In this document: piece by piece, positions 31,395 through 41,169 of the stretch
How positions within the stretch are numbered: the first letter of the stretch is position 1
Layout of the letters: every line of letters starts with the position of its first letter
Assembly: GCA_963730185.1 (NCBI GenBank)
Contig: CAVSQW010000003.1
Coordinates: forward strand, 1-64,000
Direction of reading: 5' to 3'
DNA: 64,000 nt
Source of the DNA: an uncultured Gemmatimonadales bacterium
GTDB taxonomy: Bacteria; Gemmatimonadota; Gemmatimonadetes; Gemmatimonadales; GWC2-71-9
The notes under the pieces: model-generated
The model's database searches: none
The model's input: only the letters and a program-made list of their open reading frames with translations
What the model was told of the DNA's origin: nothing
Translations under genes and position numbers: made by a program

Positions 31395-32705
31395 ATGAAG
31401 CGTCCCATGCTCAGGCGATTGGCGCTGTTTCTGATCCTTCCCCTGGCGGCGGCGGGACCAGACCCCTCGGCCAAGGTGGTGCTGGCGCTCGCCATCATTT
31501 ACGCGGCGGCGCTGATCTTCGGCGAGCTGGCCGTGCGGCTCGGGCAGCCGGCGGTGTTGGGCGAGCTCGTGGCCGGCGTCGTCCTGGGCAACCTGCATCT
31601 GATCGGGATCGACTCGCTCAGCTTCATGGCGGACGAGCCCGGGATCGACCTCCTCGCCCGGCTCGGGGTGCTGCTTCTCCTCTTCGAGGTCGGGCTCGAA
31701 TCGACGGTCCACCAGATGCTGACCGTGGGCCTCAAGGCGGTGGCCGTGGCGGTGATCGGGGTGATCGCGCCGTTCGTGGTGGGCTGGGGGGTGGGCGCCT
31801 GGCTCCTGCCGACCGAGTCGTCGTACGTGCACGCCTTCCTCGGGGCGACGCTCTGCGCCACCAGCGTCGGGATCACCGCCCGGGTGCTCAAGGATCTGGG
31901 ACGCTCTCAGACCCGAGAAGCCAGGATCATCCTGGGCGCGGCGGTCGTGGACGACGTGCTGGGCATCGTGATCCTGGCGGTGGTGACGGCGGTGATCGCG
32001 GCGGCCGACACCGGGGCGAGCGTGAGCTACGGCGCGATGGGGCTGATCATGGCCAAGTCGGTCGGTTTCCTGGTGGGCGCGATCCTGGTGGGCGTGTGGC
32101 TCGCGCCCCGGATCATCCAATGGTCGGCGGGGCTCAAGGCGCATGCGGCCGGGTTGGCGGTGAGTCTGGCGTTCTGCTTCCTGACCGCGTATCTGGCCTA
32201 TGCCATCGGCCTGGCCGCGATCATCGGGGCGTTTGCGGCCGGGCTGGTGCTCGAGTCGTCGCACTACCGGCCGTTCACGGCCCGGGGTGGGCAGCCGATC
32301 GAGGAGCTGCTCCACCCGCTGATCCAGATGCTGGTGCCGGTGTTCTTCGTGTTGATGGGCATGCGGACCGATCTCCAGGCCTTCGCCGACGGCGGAGTGC
32401 TGCTCCTGGCCCTGGTGCTGAGCGTGGCGGCCATCGGGAGCAAGATGATCTGCGGCGTGGCGGCTGGCCGAGACACGAACCGGCTGGCGGTGGGGCTCGG
32501 GATGGTGCCGCGGGGCGAGGTGGGGCTGATCTTCGCCAACATCGGCCTCGGCCTGGTGCTCGCGGGACGGCCGCTGATCAGCGAGACCACCTACTCCGCG
32601 GTGGTGGTGATGGTCATTCTGACCACGATGGCCACGCCCCCGGCCCTCAAGTGGAGCTTCGGCCGGCGAGAGACGACGTTCCCGGCGGGAGGCCAGTCGG
32701 GATGA
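31395..32705 (+). CDS. Cation:proton antiporter (CPA2/NapA-like)
   Basis: QPAVLGEL, LFEVGLE, ATSVGIT, AAVVDDVLG and GMVPRGEVGL. Confidence 0.92.
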   Translation: MKRPMLRRLALFLILPLAAAGPDPSAKVVLALAIIYAAALIFGELAVRLGQPAVLGELVAGVVLGNLHLIGIDSLSFMADEPGIDLLARLGVLLLLFEVGLESTVHQMLTVGLKAVAVAVIGVIAPFVVGWGVGAWLLPTESSYVHAFLGATLCATSVGITARVLKDLGRSQTREARIILGAAVVDDVLGIVILAVVTAVIAAADTGASVSYGAMGLIMAKSVGFLVGAILVGVWLAPRIIQWSAGLKAHAAGLAVSLAFCFLTAYLAYAIGLAAIIGAFAAGLVLESSHYRPFTARGGQPIEELLHPLIQMLVPVFFVLMGMRTDLQAFADGGVLLLALVLSVAAIGSKMICGVAAGRDTNRLAVGLGMVPRGEVGLIFANIGLGLVLAGRPLISETTYSAVVVMVILTTMATPPALKWSFGRRETTFPAGGQSG

Positions 32706-32737
32706 ATCCCTGGGCCGGCCGGCTCGTAGGATAGCCG

Positions 32738-33472
32738 ATGAACACCTCGTCCTATTGGGCCCGCACCCGGGCGCCGCGCTACAGCCTGACCTTCGCGCTG
32801 CCGCTGCTGCTCCTCTACGAGGCGCTGGCCTTTCTCCTGAGTGGCGACGCCATGGCCGGAGTCCGGAATGGCGCCGACGTGCTGCTCAAGAGCGTCTTCA
32901 CGACCTTCGGCGGCCGGCACGGGCTCACCGTATTCGGCGTGCTGCTGCTCGGATTGGGAGCCTGGCTGGTGATCCGCGACCGTCGGCGAAGCGGGCCGAT
33001 CGAGGCGCGGCTCTTCCTCGGCATGCTGGGCGAGTCGATCGGCTATGCCCTCGTTCTCGGCGGCGTGGCGAGCACTCTCACCTCGCTGGTCCTTGGCCGG
33101 CTCGGCTTCGCGCTCTCGGCCGGCGGGCTTCAACAGTTCGGGTTCCCAACCCAGATCATGATCTCGCTGGGCGCGGGGATCTACGAGGAGCTGTTGTTCC
33201 GGGTGATCCTGGTGTCGGGACTGGCCTGGCTCGGCCGGTCGGTCTTCGGCTGGAAGGCTCTGCCCTCGGGCATCATGGCGACGGTGGTGGGCGCGCTGGT
33301 CTTCTCGGCGTTTCACTACGTTGGCCCGTTCGGCGACCCCTTCGCCCTCGACTCGTTCGTCTTCCGGGCGATCGCAGGCGTGCTGTTCAGCGCGCTCTAT
33401 CTCTTGCGCGGGTTCGGCATCGCCGCCTGGAGCCATGCGCTGTACGATGTGTTCCTGGCAGTGGTGGGGTAG
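32738..33472 (+). CDS. CPBP (CAAX/Abi) intramembrane glutamic protease
   Basis: YEELLFR, FSAFHY and HALYD motifs. Confidence 0.88.
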   Translation: MNTSSYWARTRAPRYSLTFALPLLLLYEALAFLLSGDAMAGVRNGADVLLKSVFTTFGGRHGLTVFGVLLLGLGAWLVIRDRRRSGPIEARLFLGMLGESIGYALVLGGVASTLTSLVLGRLGFALSAGGLQQFGFPTQIMISLGAGIYEELLFRVILVSGLAWLGRSVFGWKALPSGIMATVVGALVFSAFHYVGPFGDPFALDSFVFRAIAGVLFSALYLLRGFGIAAWSHALYDVFLAVVG

Positions 33473-33479
33473 GCGGGCC

Positions 33480-33514
33480 ACCCACTCCATCCCTCCCCAT
33501 CCCTCCCCATCCCT
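33480..33514. repeat. CCCTCCCCAT tandem repeat
   Basis: Same 10-nt unit as near 20000 and 34270; lies between convergent genes. Confidence 0.7.
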
Positions 33515-36500
33515 CACCTGAAATCCCTCGATCGGAACGAGAGCGCCGCTCGCGGCCGAATCGGCTTGAGCCGTTCCGCCAGGATCTGGATCACCGGCCC
33601 GTCGCGCTGGATCTTGCCCAGGACCAGCAGGAACGGGGCATGCCGGACGACCTCCCGGTAGGTCTGCTCCACCTCCCGCCGCACGATCACGTTCAGGAAC
33701 CCGAACTCGTCCTCCATCAGGATGAACAGCACTCCGGCTGCGCTCTCCGGCCGTTGCCGGGTCACGACCAGTCCGCCCGCCAGCACCCGCTCGCCGTGGC
33801 GGGTGCCGGCCAGGTCGCGGCTGTCGAGCGACCCGAACCGGGTCAGCCGGGGCCGGAGATGCTCCATCGGGTGCCCGATCAGGCTCGACCCGGTGCTGAA
33901 GTAGTCGAGGAAGATCGACTCGGTCCGGCCCAGAGGGCGGGGGGAGTGTCGGGAGGGACGTGATGGGGCGAGGGGGAGGGTGTCGGCCACGTGGCGGAGG
34001 GCCTCCCAGGCGGCTTTCCGGCGGTCCGGCTCCCAGGCGCCGAACGCGCCGGCCCGCGCCAGCCCCAGCGCGTCGGGCTTGCCGAGCCGAGCCCGGAGGA
34101 CCACGTCGGCGATGCTCTCGAAGAGGCTCTCTTTCCGGGCCCGGTCCAGGGTAGCGATGGCCTGGTCGCCGACGCCCCGGATGAAGCGCCAGCCCAGGCG
34201 GAGGGGTGGGGAGGGATGGGGGGAGATGGGGGGAGATGGGAGGGTGGGGGCATTTCCCCGGACCCCCTCCCTCCCCATCCCTCCCCCTCCCTCCCCATCC
34301 CCCCCCATCCCTCCCCCTCCCTCCACCCGGCATTCCGCCTCTCCCTCCAGCAGACACGGCCCCGCCACCACCACGCCCGCGCGACGGGCATCGTGAATCA
34401 GGGTGGCGATCGGGTAGAACCCCATCGGCTGGGCGTTGAGCAGCCCCAGCAGGAACTCGGTCGGATAGTGGCACTTGAGGTACGCCGTCGCATAGGCGAT
34501 CAGCGCGAAGCTCCAGGCGTGCGACTCCGGGAAGCCGTAGTTGGCGAAGCTCATCAGGTCTTCCTCGATCCGTTCGGCCACCGGTTCGTCGATCCCGTTC
34601 GCGATCAGCCGTTCCCGGAGCTGAGCCAGGGCCTCGAGCAGCTTGGTCCGCTTCCGCTGGTGTCCCATGGTCCGGCGGAGGAGATCGGCCTCGGCCGCGG
34701 AATAGCCGGCCAGCGCCATCGCGATGGCCATGGCCTGCTCCTGGAAGATCGGAATGCCCTGGGTCCGCTGGAGGATCGGCTCCAGCGCCGGGTGCAGGTA
34801 GCTGACCGGCTCCTCGCCCCGGCGGCGCTTGGTGTAGGGATGGACGAACTTGGCCTGGATCGGTCCCGGCCGGATCAGGGCCACCTGCACCACCAGGTCG
34901 TAGAGGCGCTCCGGCTTGGTATGGAGGATCGAGGCGATCTGAGCTCGGCTCTCGATCTGGAAGGTCCCGATGGTCTCGCCCCGGGAGATCATGGCGTAGG
35001 TGGCCGGGTCGTCGTCGGGCAGCTGGTACATCGAGAGCGTGGTGCCGGTCCGGGCCTCGATCGCGTCGAAGGCGCGGCGGATCAGCGCCAACCCGCCGAG
35101 GCCGAGAAAGTCGAACTTCGGAATCCCGACCGAATCGAGGTCGTCCTTGTCGAACTGGACGATGGTCCGTCCCATCGAGGTGGACTCGATCGGGAGGTAG
35201 TCGCCTAGGGGGCGGAGGACAGCACGAACCCGCCGGGATGGGTGGAGCGGAGCCGGGGCAGGTCGTCGAAGGCGCGAATGGCCTGGAGCACGGTCCGGGC
35301 CCGCTCGTCGGTCAGATCGAAGCCTTGGGCCTGGGCCAGCCCGCCCTCCAACTGCTCGGCGCCATCCAGGCACCCGTAGCGGTGGAGCCGCTTCGAGAGC
35401 TTGAACGCCAGCTCGGCCGGATAGCCGAACGCCCGCATGGTGTCCTGGACCGCGGTGCAGGCGCTGTAGATCTGGGTGACCCCGGTGATCGCGGAATGTT
35501 CTCGCTGGTAGCGTCGGTAGACGTAATTCAGGACCTCCTCGCGCCGGTCGTGCTCGAAGTCCACGTCGATGTCCGGCGCCTCGGTCAGCCCGTCGACCCG
35601 GGCCTCCGAAAGGAAGCGCTCGAAGAGGAGCCCGTGTTTGACCGGGTCGACCGCGGTAATGCCGAGACAGTAGGCCACGGCCGAGTTGGCGGCGCTGCCC
35701 CGGCCCTGGGCCAGGATGCTCCGTTCCCGCGCGAACCGGACGGCGTCCCACATCACCAGGAAGAAGCCCGAGAACCCCAATCGGGCGATGACCTTGAGCT
35801 CGTGCTCGAGTTGAGCCGTCTCCCGCGGGCCCGGGGTCCCCCAGCGCTCTCGGGCGCCGGCGAACGTCAGCTCTCGGATCCAGGAGTCGTCGTCGTGGCC
35901 CTCCGGACATTTGAACGTGGGCAAGGGGGGACGCACCCAGCGGAGCTCGAAGCCACATTCCGCCGCGATCCGATCGCTCTCGCCAAGCCCAGCTTCGGCG
36001 CCCCGCCAGCGGCGGGCCAGCTGTTCGGGTGGGAGCAGGCGCCAGTCGCCGTTGGGGTGGAGCAGTCCCTTTCGGGTGGCGGACGCGATGTCGGTACCGT
36101 GACGAAGCGCGGTGAGCACCTCGTGCACCAGCCGCGAATCGTCATCGAGGTAGCGGGGATCCTGGGCCACCACCCAGGGCACGCCGTGCCGCCGGGCCAG
36201 CTCGATCAGCGCGCCGGCGAGCGCCTCCTCGTCGCGGCCCGTGTGGTGGAGCTGTACCTCCACGGCCAGCCGGTCGGAGAACGTCTCGCGGTAGCGGGCC
36301 AGGAGCTGAGCGGCGTCGGCTCGACGGCCCTGCCGGACCAGGGTGGCCAGCGCGCCCGACGCGGGGCCGGTGAGGAGGTGGACACCCTCACTGCGTTCCA
36401 GCAGATCGTCCCAGGTGAGCCCGGGCCGGCCCCGGGTGGCGGTCCGGCGGGTCCAGCGCCGGAGCCGGCCGACTCGTGAGCGGGTGACGAGGCCGGCCAC

Positions 36501-36755
36501 GTGACGGAAGCCCGCGTCCGACCGGGCCAGGAGCGCCAGCGGCCGGCCGTCGACCACCAGCTCCGCGCCGGCGATCGGCCGGATGCCCTGCTCCCGGCAG
36601 GCGAGCCCAAAGCGAACCACCCCGCCGAGATCGGCGTGATCGGTGAGGCCGATCGCCGAGTAGCCGAGCCCGGCGGCCCGGCGGGCCAGGGCCTCGGGGG
36701 CGACGGCGCCGTCGCCGAACGAATAGGCGGAATGGCCACGAAGCTCGGTGGGCAT
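33514..36755 (-). CDS. dnaE2: Error-prone DNA polymerase III alpha (frameshift near 35210)
   Basis: PHP HSAYSF, GRGSAANS, PDIDVDF, HPGGFV, FQIESRAQ, YGFPESHA and C-terminal SRDFR. Lies downstream of imuAB. Confidence 0.93.
34201..34327. repeat. In-frame G/C palindromic repeat inside dnaE2
   Basis: GGGAGATGGG arm and CCCTCCCCAT arm, encoding GGGGMGGDGEGGGGMG...PSPPISPHPSPP. Confidence 0.8.
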
Positions 36756-36761
36756 CGGCGG

Positions 36762-38174
36762 TCAGTCCCACCAGCCCGCCAAATACCAGTGATTGTCGAT
36801 CAAGTCGCGATAGAGCAGCACCGGTACGCCGTCGGTGCGGATGCCCTGGAAGTACTCGCGATCGTAGCGAGACTCGCCGTAGCCGCCCGACACCCGGTCC
36901 GGCCCGAGCGCGTCGCGGATCGAAAAGACGACCCCGCCGTCGCGATACCGGGTGGGCACCTCGCCGTCCTGTCGTGGCGACGACCGTACCTGAACCGCTC
37001 GGGGCGCTTCGAGCAGGGCGAGCGCGAGCCGGGGGGGGCGCTCGCGCAGCGCCCCGGCCCGACGGCCGGTGTGGGGCGCTGGGCCGGTCTGGACCGCCCG
37101 CCACCTGACCCGGCGCTCCGGCAGCGGATGCTCGGTCCGCTCGGCCTCGACCAGGGCGTCGTCCTGTTTGTCGAGCAGGTGCGCCAGCGCGGCTTCGGTG
37201 GCGCGCGCGGTGGCGAACCCCTGGTCGAAGAGATCGCCCTGGCGATCGGCCAGTGGGGTCAGCGCCTCGACCCGGAGGGCGATTTTCGTGACCGGCGCCG
37301 AGAAGGTGACCTGCTCGAGCGTGGCCCGCACGATCCGGAGCCAGGTCCGCCGGTCGGCGGTGGGCGTCGACGCGTGGAGCGGATGGATCACCGCGGAGCG
37401 ATCGGACAGCGCGAACTCGAGCGCCAGGGCATGCGCTCCCTCACCCCGGGCGGCCAGCGCGTCGCACACGGTGCCGAGGAGCGAGTGGACGATGAAGACC
37501 ACCTGCTCTTGTCGCTCCAGCTCGTAGTCCACCCACTCGAGCTCGGCTTCCGGGAGCGAGCGGGCCCGGGGGGAGAAGAGGAGCCGGTCGTCGTCGGCCC
37601 GGGCCAGCCGCCAGAGTCTCACCCCCTCGATCCCGAAGCGGACCTCGACCGACTCGCGATCGAGCCGGGCCAGGTCGCCGCAGCACTCGAGGCCGGTGCC
37701 CGCGAGCAGGGGGTAGAGGTTGGGCGGCGGAAGCGGGTGCAGCATCCCGAGGTCGAGCGGGGCGAGGAAGGCGCGGTCGGTGTCGGGGGGAACGACGAGA
37801 AGGTGGCCAGGTGAGACGCGGGCGGCGGCCTCGGCCGCGACCGGCGTCGTGGCGACGCCCGCGCTGATCCAGCCCTCGCCTCGGGTTTCGCTTGTCCGTT
37901 CGTCCGTCGGTCCGTCTGCCCGTCCAGCTTCCCGTTCACCCGTCTGCCCATCCACCCGTCCAGCTTCCGGTCCGCCCGTCCACCCGTCCGCCCGTCCAAT
38001 CTCCCCCAGCATTCTCTCCGCCACCTGCCGCCCATCCAACCCGCGTGCGTCCGCCCACACCACGTCTCGCTCCAGGCGGATCCGGGGTGCGTGGGAAAGG
38101 AGCCGGGCGGCGAGCTCAGTCGAGCGTCCCGCGGCGATCGGCCAGTCCGGGCTCCAGAGACAGACGCAGGTCAT
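36762..38174 (-). CDS. imuB: ImuB-like Y-family polymerase homolog
   Basis: MTCVCLWSP, RAFLAPL, GDLARL..RFG, QGDLF clamp motif, GPDRVSGG..REYF and WYLAGWWD. Confidence 0.85.
   Translation of the reverse strand: MTCVCLWSPDWPIAAGRSTELAARLLSHAPRIRLERDVVWADARGLDGRQVAERMLGEIGRADGWTGGPEAGRVDGQTGEREAGRADGPTDERTSETRGEGWISAGVATTPVAAEAAARVSPGHLLVVPPDTDRAFLAPLDLGMLHPLPPPNLYPLLAGTGLECCGDLARLDRESVEVRFGIEGVRLWRLARADDDRLLFSPRARSLPEAELEWVDYELERQEQVVFIVHSLLGTVCDALAARGEGAHALALEFALSDRSAVIHPLHASTPTADRRTWLRIVRATLEQVTFSAPVTKIALRVEALTPLADRQGDLFDQGFATARATEAALAHLLDKQDDALVEAERTEHPLPERRVRWRAVQTGPAPHTGRRAGALRERPPRLALALLEAPRAVQVRSSPRQDGEVPTRYRDGGVVFSIRDALGPDRVSGGYGESRYDREYFQGIRTDGVPVLLYRDLIDNHWYLAGWWD
37890..38000. repeat. 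In-frame CCGT/CCGC tetramer array inside imuB
   Basis: GTCCGTTCGTCCGTCGGTCCGTCTGCCCGTCC...CCGTCCACCCGTCCGCCCGTCC. Confidence 0.7.
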
Positions 38175-38880
38175 GGGACACGAGTGGGAGGTGTAAGGTG
38201 GTGGCCGCTTTCCAACCGGGCGCGCGGGCCTCGATCGCGACGGCGACCGAGGCGAGCTGGGCGGCGTGCCCGAACGGTCCCGGGACGGTCCGATGCTCGA
38301 GCGGCAGAAAGCGGGAGGTGATCCGGAGGCTCGCGGTCAGGGAACGACGGGTGACGGCGAGAAAGCCGCCGCCGCCCTCATGGGCCATTCTCGAAAGTCG
38401 GAGCATAGCCGTGGATTCGGGGTCGACCCCGGCCAGCACCACCAGCGCGAACCCTCCGGAGCGGAGCAGGATCTCGGTCGCGCGGAGGGCCAGCTCGAGG
38501 GAGTCCGGCCGGACCACCAGCGGCCCGTCGTCCCAGTGGTGGCCCAGGGTCCGGGCCCCGTCGATCCAGGCCACCCGCTCCCCGCGATCCAGGATCGAGG
38601 CTGCCGCCGCGCGGAGCAGCGCGCTGGCGGCCCCATGGAGGCTCTGCCACACGGTGAGGCGACCTCGGGGGAGCCCGCCGTTGGGCAGGATCCCATCCAG
38701 GATCCTGAGGCCCGTGGGGATCGGAGGGACGACCCGGTCGGGAAGAGGGACCGCATCCGGAAACCGGTCCCGAAGGATTGCCCTCAGCGCCCCCGGCGCG
38801 GGCCCCCGGCCCCCCGCGGCCTCGGGGACCGTTTGGGGGGAGCGGAGGGCGTCAGGCTCGAGGAGGGGAAGGGCGGTCAC
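38116..38880 (-). CDS. imuA: ImuA / RecA-like protein
   Basis: PTGLRILDGILPNGGLPRG, degenerate Walker A, VAWID and ILLRSGGFALVVL. Confidence 0.8.
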   Translation of the reverse strand: MTALPLLEPDALRSPQTVPEAAGGRGPAPGALRAILRDRFPDAVPLPDRVVPPIPTGLRILDGILPNGGLPRGRLTVWQSLHGAASALLRAAAASILDRGERVAWIDGARTLGHHWDDGPLVVRPDSLELALRATEILLRSGGFALVVLAGVDPESTAMLRLSRMAHEGGGGFLAVTRRSLTASLRITSRFLPLEHRTVPGPFGHAAQLASVAVAIEARAPGWKAATTLHLPLVSHDLRLSLEPGLADRRGTLD

Positions 38881-38903
38881 GGGACACCTTGAAACGGGGT
38901 CCC

Positions 38904-38932
38904 ATGATAGCCCGAAGAAAAACCGAAGTCAA
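38904..38932 (-). promoter_or_regulatory. imuA promoter with direct-repeat operator
   Basis: TTGACT-17 bp-TATCAT, with CTTCGG-N5-CTTCGG (38912-38928) across the spacer. Confidence 0.7.
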
Positions 38933-38939
38933 GAAATCG

Positions 38940-39560
38940 CTACTTCGACGCCTTGGTCCGGGCGGTGTAGATCGAGTCGAGCACCGCCCGGAACACCTCC
39001 ACCGGCTTGACCCCCACCATGAGCCCGCCCTCGATGTAGAAGGTCGGGGTGCTCTGGGCGCCGCTCTTGTGGGCGTTTTCGGCGTCGCTCCGGATGGCGG
39101 GCAGGGTCTCGGCCTTCTCGAGGCAGGTCGACATCGGGGCTTTGGGAAGCCGGAGCGAGTCGATCAGGGTGAGGAGAAACGGCGCCGGGTTCTTGAGCGG
39201 GGCCCAGGTGGGCTGGTGCTCGTAGATCAGGTCGTGGGCCGGCCAGAACTTGTCGAACCGGGCGGCGCACATCGCGAACTCCGCCGCCGCCACCGCGTTG
39301 GGATGGATCGAGGTGAGCGGGAAGTTGATGAAGATCCACTTGACCTTGCCGGTCTTCACGAACTCCTGCTCCAGGGCGGGGAAGACCGCGAGCGCGTGTT
39401 GGCGGCAGTAGGGGCACTGGAAGTCGGACATCTCGTACACGGTCACCGGGGCCGAGGCCGATCCCATGGTCCGGGCGGAGAGCGGGATCGCCTGGGCCGC
39501 GGCCCCCGACACGCCGAGCGTGCCTAACGAAAGGAGCGTCACCAGCCAGCGACTGAACAT
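38940..39560 (-). CDS. dsbA: DsbA family thioredoxin-fold protein
   Basis: Signal peptide, SDFQCPYC, FPL..HPNA and STPTF. Confidence 0.88.
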   Translation of the reverse strand: MFSRWLVTLLSLGTLGVSGAAAQAIPLSARTMGSASAPVTVYEMSDFQCPYCRQHALAVFPALEQEFVKTGKVKWIFINFPLTSIHPNAVAAAEFAMCAARFDKFWPAHDLIYEHQPTWAPLKNPAPFLLTLIDSLRLPKAPMSTCLEKAETLPAIRSDAENAHKSGAQSTPTFYIEGGLMVGVKPVEVFRAVLDSIYTARTKASK

Positions 39561-40285
39561 CAGTACCTCGGCCGGTTTCGGCCGGTTCGGGGATTCAGGG
39601 AGACGGTATCGCTCGTGATCCGAACGTTCCAGTACCACTCGGCGTTGGGGTCGCCGGCGTCGATCGAACGGGCGGTCACCCACCAGGCGCCGTCGGTGAG
39701 CTGGATCGTGGCCCAGCCACCGGCGTCGGTGGTGTCGGCGACCGGGTTGCCCATCCTCCGCCCGGGTAGACCGGCCACCAGGGTGTCGTATCCCTGGAAC
39801 GCCGTATTCTCCCAGCGTCGGACCTGACTTCGGAGGCTGTCCATCACCGGCCAGAGCGTGGCGCGAGCCTGATCGAGCGCGGCCCGCGCGCGTCCCAGCG
39901 CCGGGGCGATCTCGGCCAGCGAATCGCGCACGATCGCGAGCGGCGAGCCCGCGGGTGCCTCTTGCGCCGATTGCCCGGTCGCCACCAGACTGTCTCGGGT
40001 GCGGCGCAAGCGCTCGTCGGCGGCCGACAACGCGAGGAAGGCGCTGAACGGCTGCCGGAAGCGGTGGAACAAGCTGTCGAGCTCGGCCGTATTCGGTCGG
40101 GGACTCGACGCCCGGGCCTCCAGGCTTTGGATCACGCTGTCCCGGTCGTACGGAAGGAACGTGAGGACCAGGTTGGGGATCGGCGTCTCCACCCCCTCCA
40201 GATTCGGGATGGTGACCCGGACCGCAACTTCCCGCCCGGAGCAGGCGGAGGCAAGGAGCAGGCAAGCGAGTGCTGCACGGCGCAT
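39560..40285 (-). CDS. Hypothetical lipoprotein
   Basis: Lipobox LASAC, coiled region and TTDAGGWA prealbumin-like tail. Translationally coupled to dsbA. Confidence 0.7.
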   Translation of the reverse strand: MRRAALACLLLASACSGREVAVRVTIPNLEGVETPIPNLVLTFLPYDRDSVIQSLEARASSPRPNTAELDSLFHRFRQPFSAFLALSAADERLRRTRDSLVATGQSAQEAPAGSPLAIVRDSLAEIAPALGRARAALDQARATLWPVMDSLRSQVRRWENTAFQGYDTLVAGLPGRRMGNPVADTTDAGGWATIQLTDGAWWVTARSIDAGDPNAEWYWNVRITSDTVSLNPRTGRNRPRY

Positions 40286-41169
40286 CCCGGAAAGTTAGCG
40301 TTCTTGGCCTCGCCCTCCAATGCATGGCGGGGGGGCTGGTCGCCCAGTCCAGCGGGGGGATCGACCAGCTCTTCCCCGAGCGGCCCAGCGGTTATCTGAC
40401 CGACGTGGCGGGAATCGTCCCCGCCGCCTCCGCCCAGACCATTGCCGGCCTGGCCGAGCGCCTCCGTCGGGCCACCGGCGCCGAGATCGCCGTCGTCACC
40501 CTGCCGACCATCGGCGACTACGCCCCGGTCGACGTGGCGGTGGCCATCGGCCGGAAGTGGGGCGTGGGGGCCGCGGCGGAGCAGGGCGACCCGCGCCGGA
40601 ATGCTGGGGCGGTCGTCCTGCTGGTGCCGCGGACCGACGAGCAACGGGGCCGCCTGTTCATCGCCACCGGCCGCGGGCTCGAGGGGATCGTCACCGACGC
40701 CATCGCCGGACGGGTCCGCGACCTGATGCGGCCCGCCCTCGCCGCCGGCGACTACGGCCAGGGGCTCGAGATCGGCGTCCGGGCCCTGGTCGGCGTCGTC
40801 GCGCGCGGGTTCGGGGTGACCGACTCCACCCTGGCCGGCCTGGACCGCTCGATCCGTCCCCAGGGCGGCACGGGGAGTGGCGGACTCGGTGCCCTGGTCA
40901 TTCTCGCTCTGGTGCTCGTGATCGTGATCATCGCGATCGCGTCCCGGGGCGGACCGCGCGGGCCGCCCGGCCCCCGGGGCCCCGGGCGACGCCATCCCAA
41001 TCTGAGCGTCCTGCCGTGGTTGATCTGGGGCAGCGGGCTCGGCGGTCGCGGCGGGCGCGGTGGCTTCGGGGGCGGCGGGTTCCGAGGCGGTGGGTTCGGG
41101 GGTGGCGGCTTTGGCGGGTTCGGAGGCGGTGGCGGATTCAGCGGCGGCGGCGCGGGAGGCGATTTTTGA
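40270..41169 (+). CDS. TPM domain protein with Gly-rich tail (start uncertain, alternative ATG 40324)
   Basis: YLTDVAGIV, EIAVVTLPT, WGVG, IATGRGLEG and GFGGGGGFSGGGAGGDF. Confidence 0.85.
   Translation: MLHGASRKVSVLGLALQCMAGGLVAQSSGGIDQLFPERPSGYLTDVAGIVPAASAQTIAGLAERLRRATGAEIAVVTLPTIGDYAPVDVAVAIGRKWGVGAAAEQGDPRRNAGAVVLLVPRTDEQRGRLFIATGRGLEGIVTDAIAGRVRDLMRPALAAGDYGQGLEIGVRALVGVVARGFGVTDSTLAGLDRSIRPQGGTGSGGLGALVILALVLVIVIIAIASRGGPRGPPGPRGPGRRHPNLSVLPWLIWGSGLGGRGGRGGFGGGGFRGGGFGGGGFGGFGGGGGFSGGGAGGDF

Noticed and set aside
35200..35220. Programmed frameshift or phase variation in dnaE2 at GCC CCC TAG
   Set aside because: One extra C in the C5 homopolymer restores SAPLGDY. Similar single-base indels break essential metG, so sequencing error is more likely. 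Read pileups would settle it.
41040..41165. GGC/GGT tandem repeat array
   Set aside because: It encodes the normal Gly-rich tail of TPM proteins.
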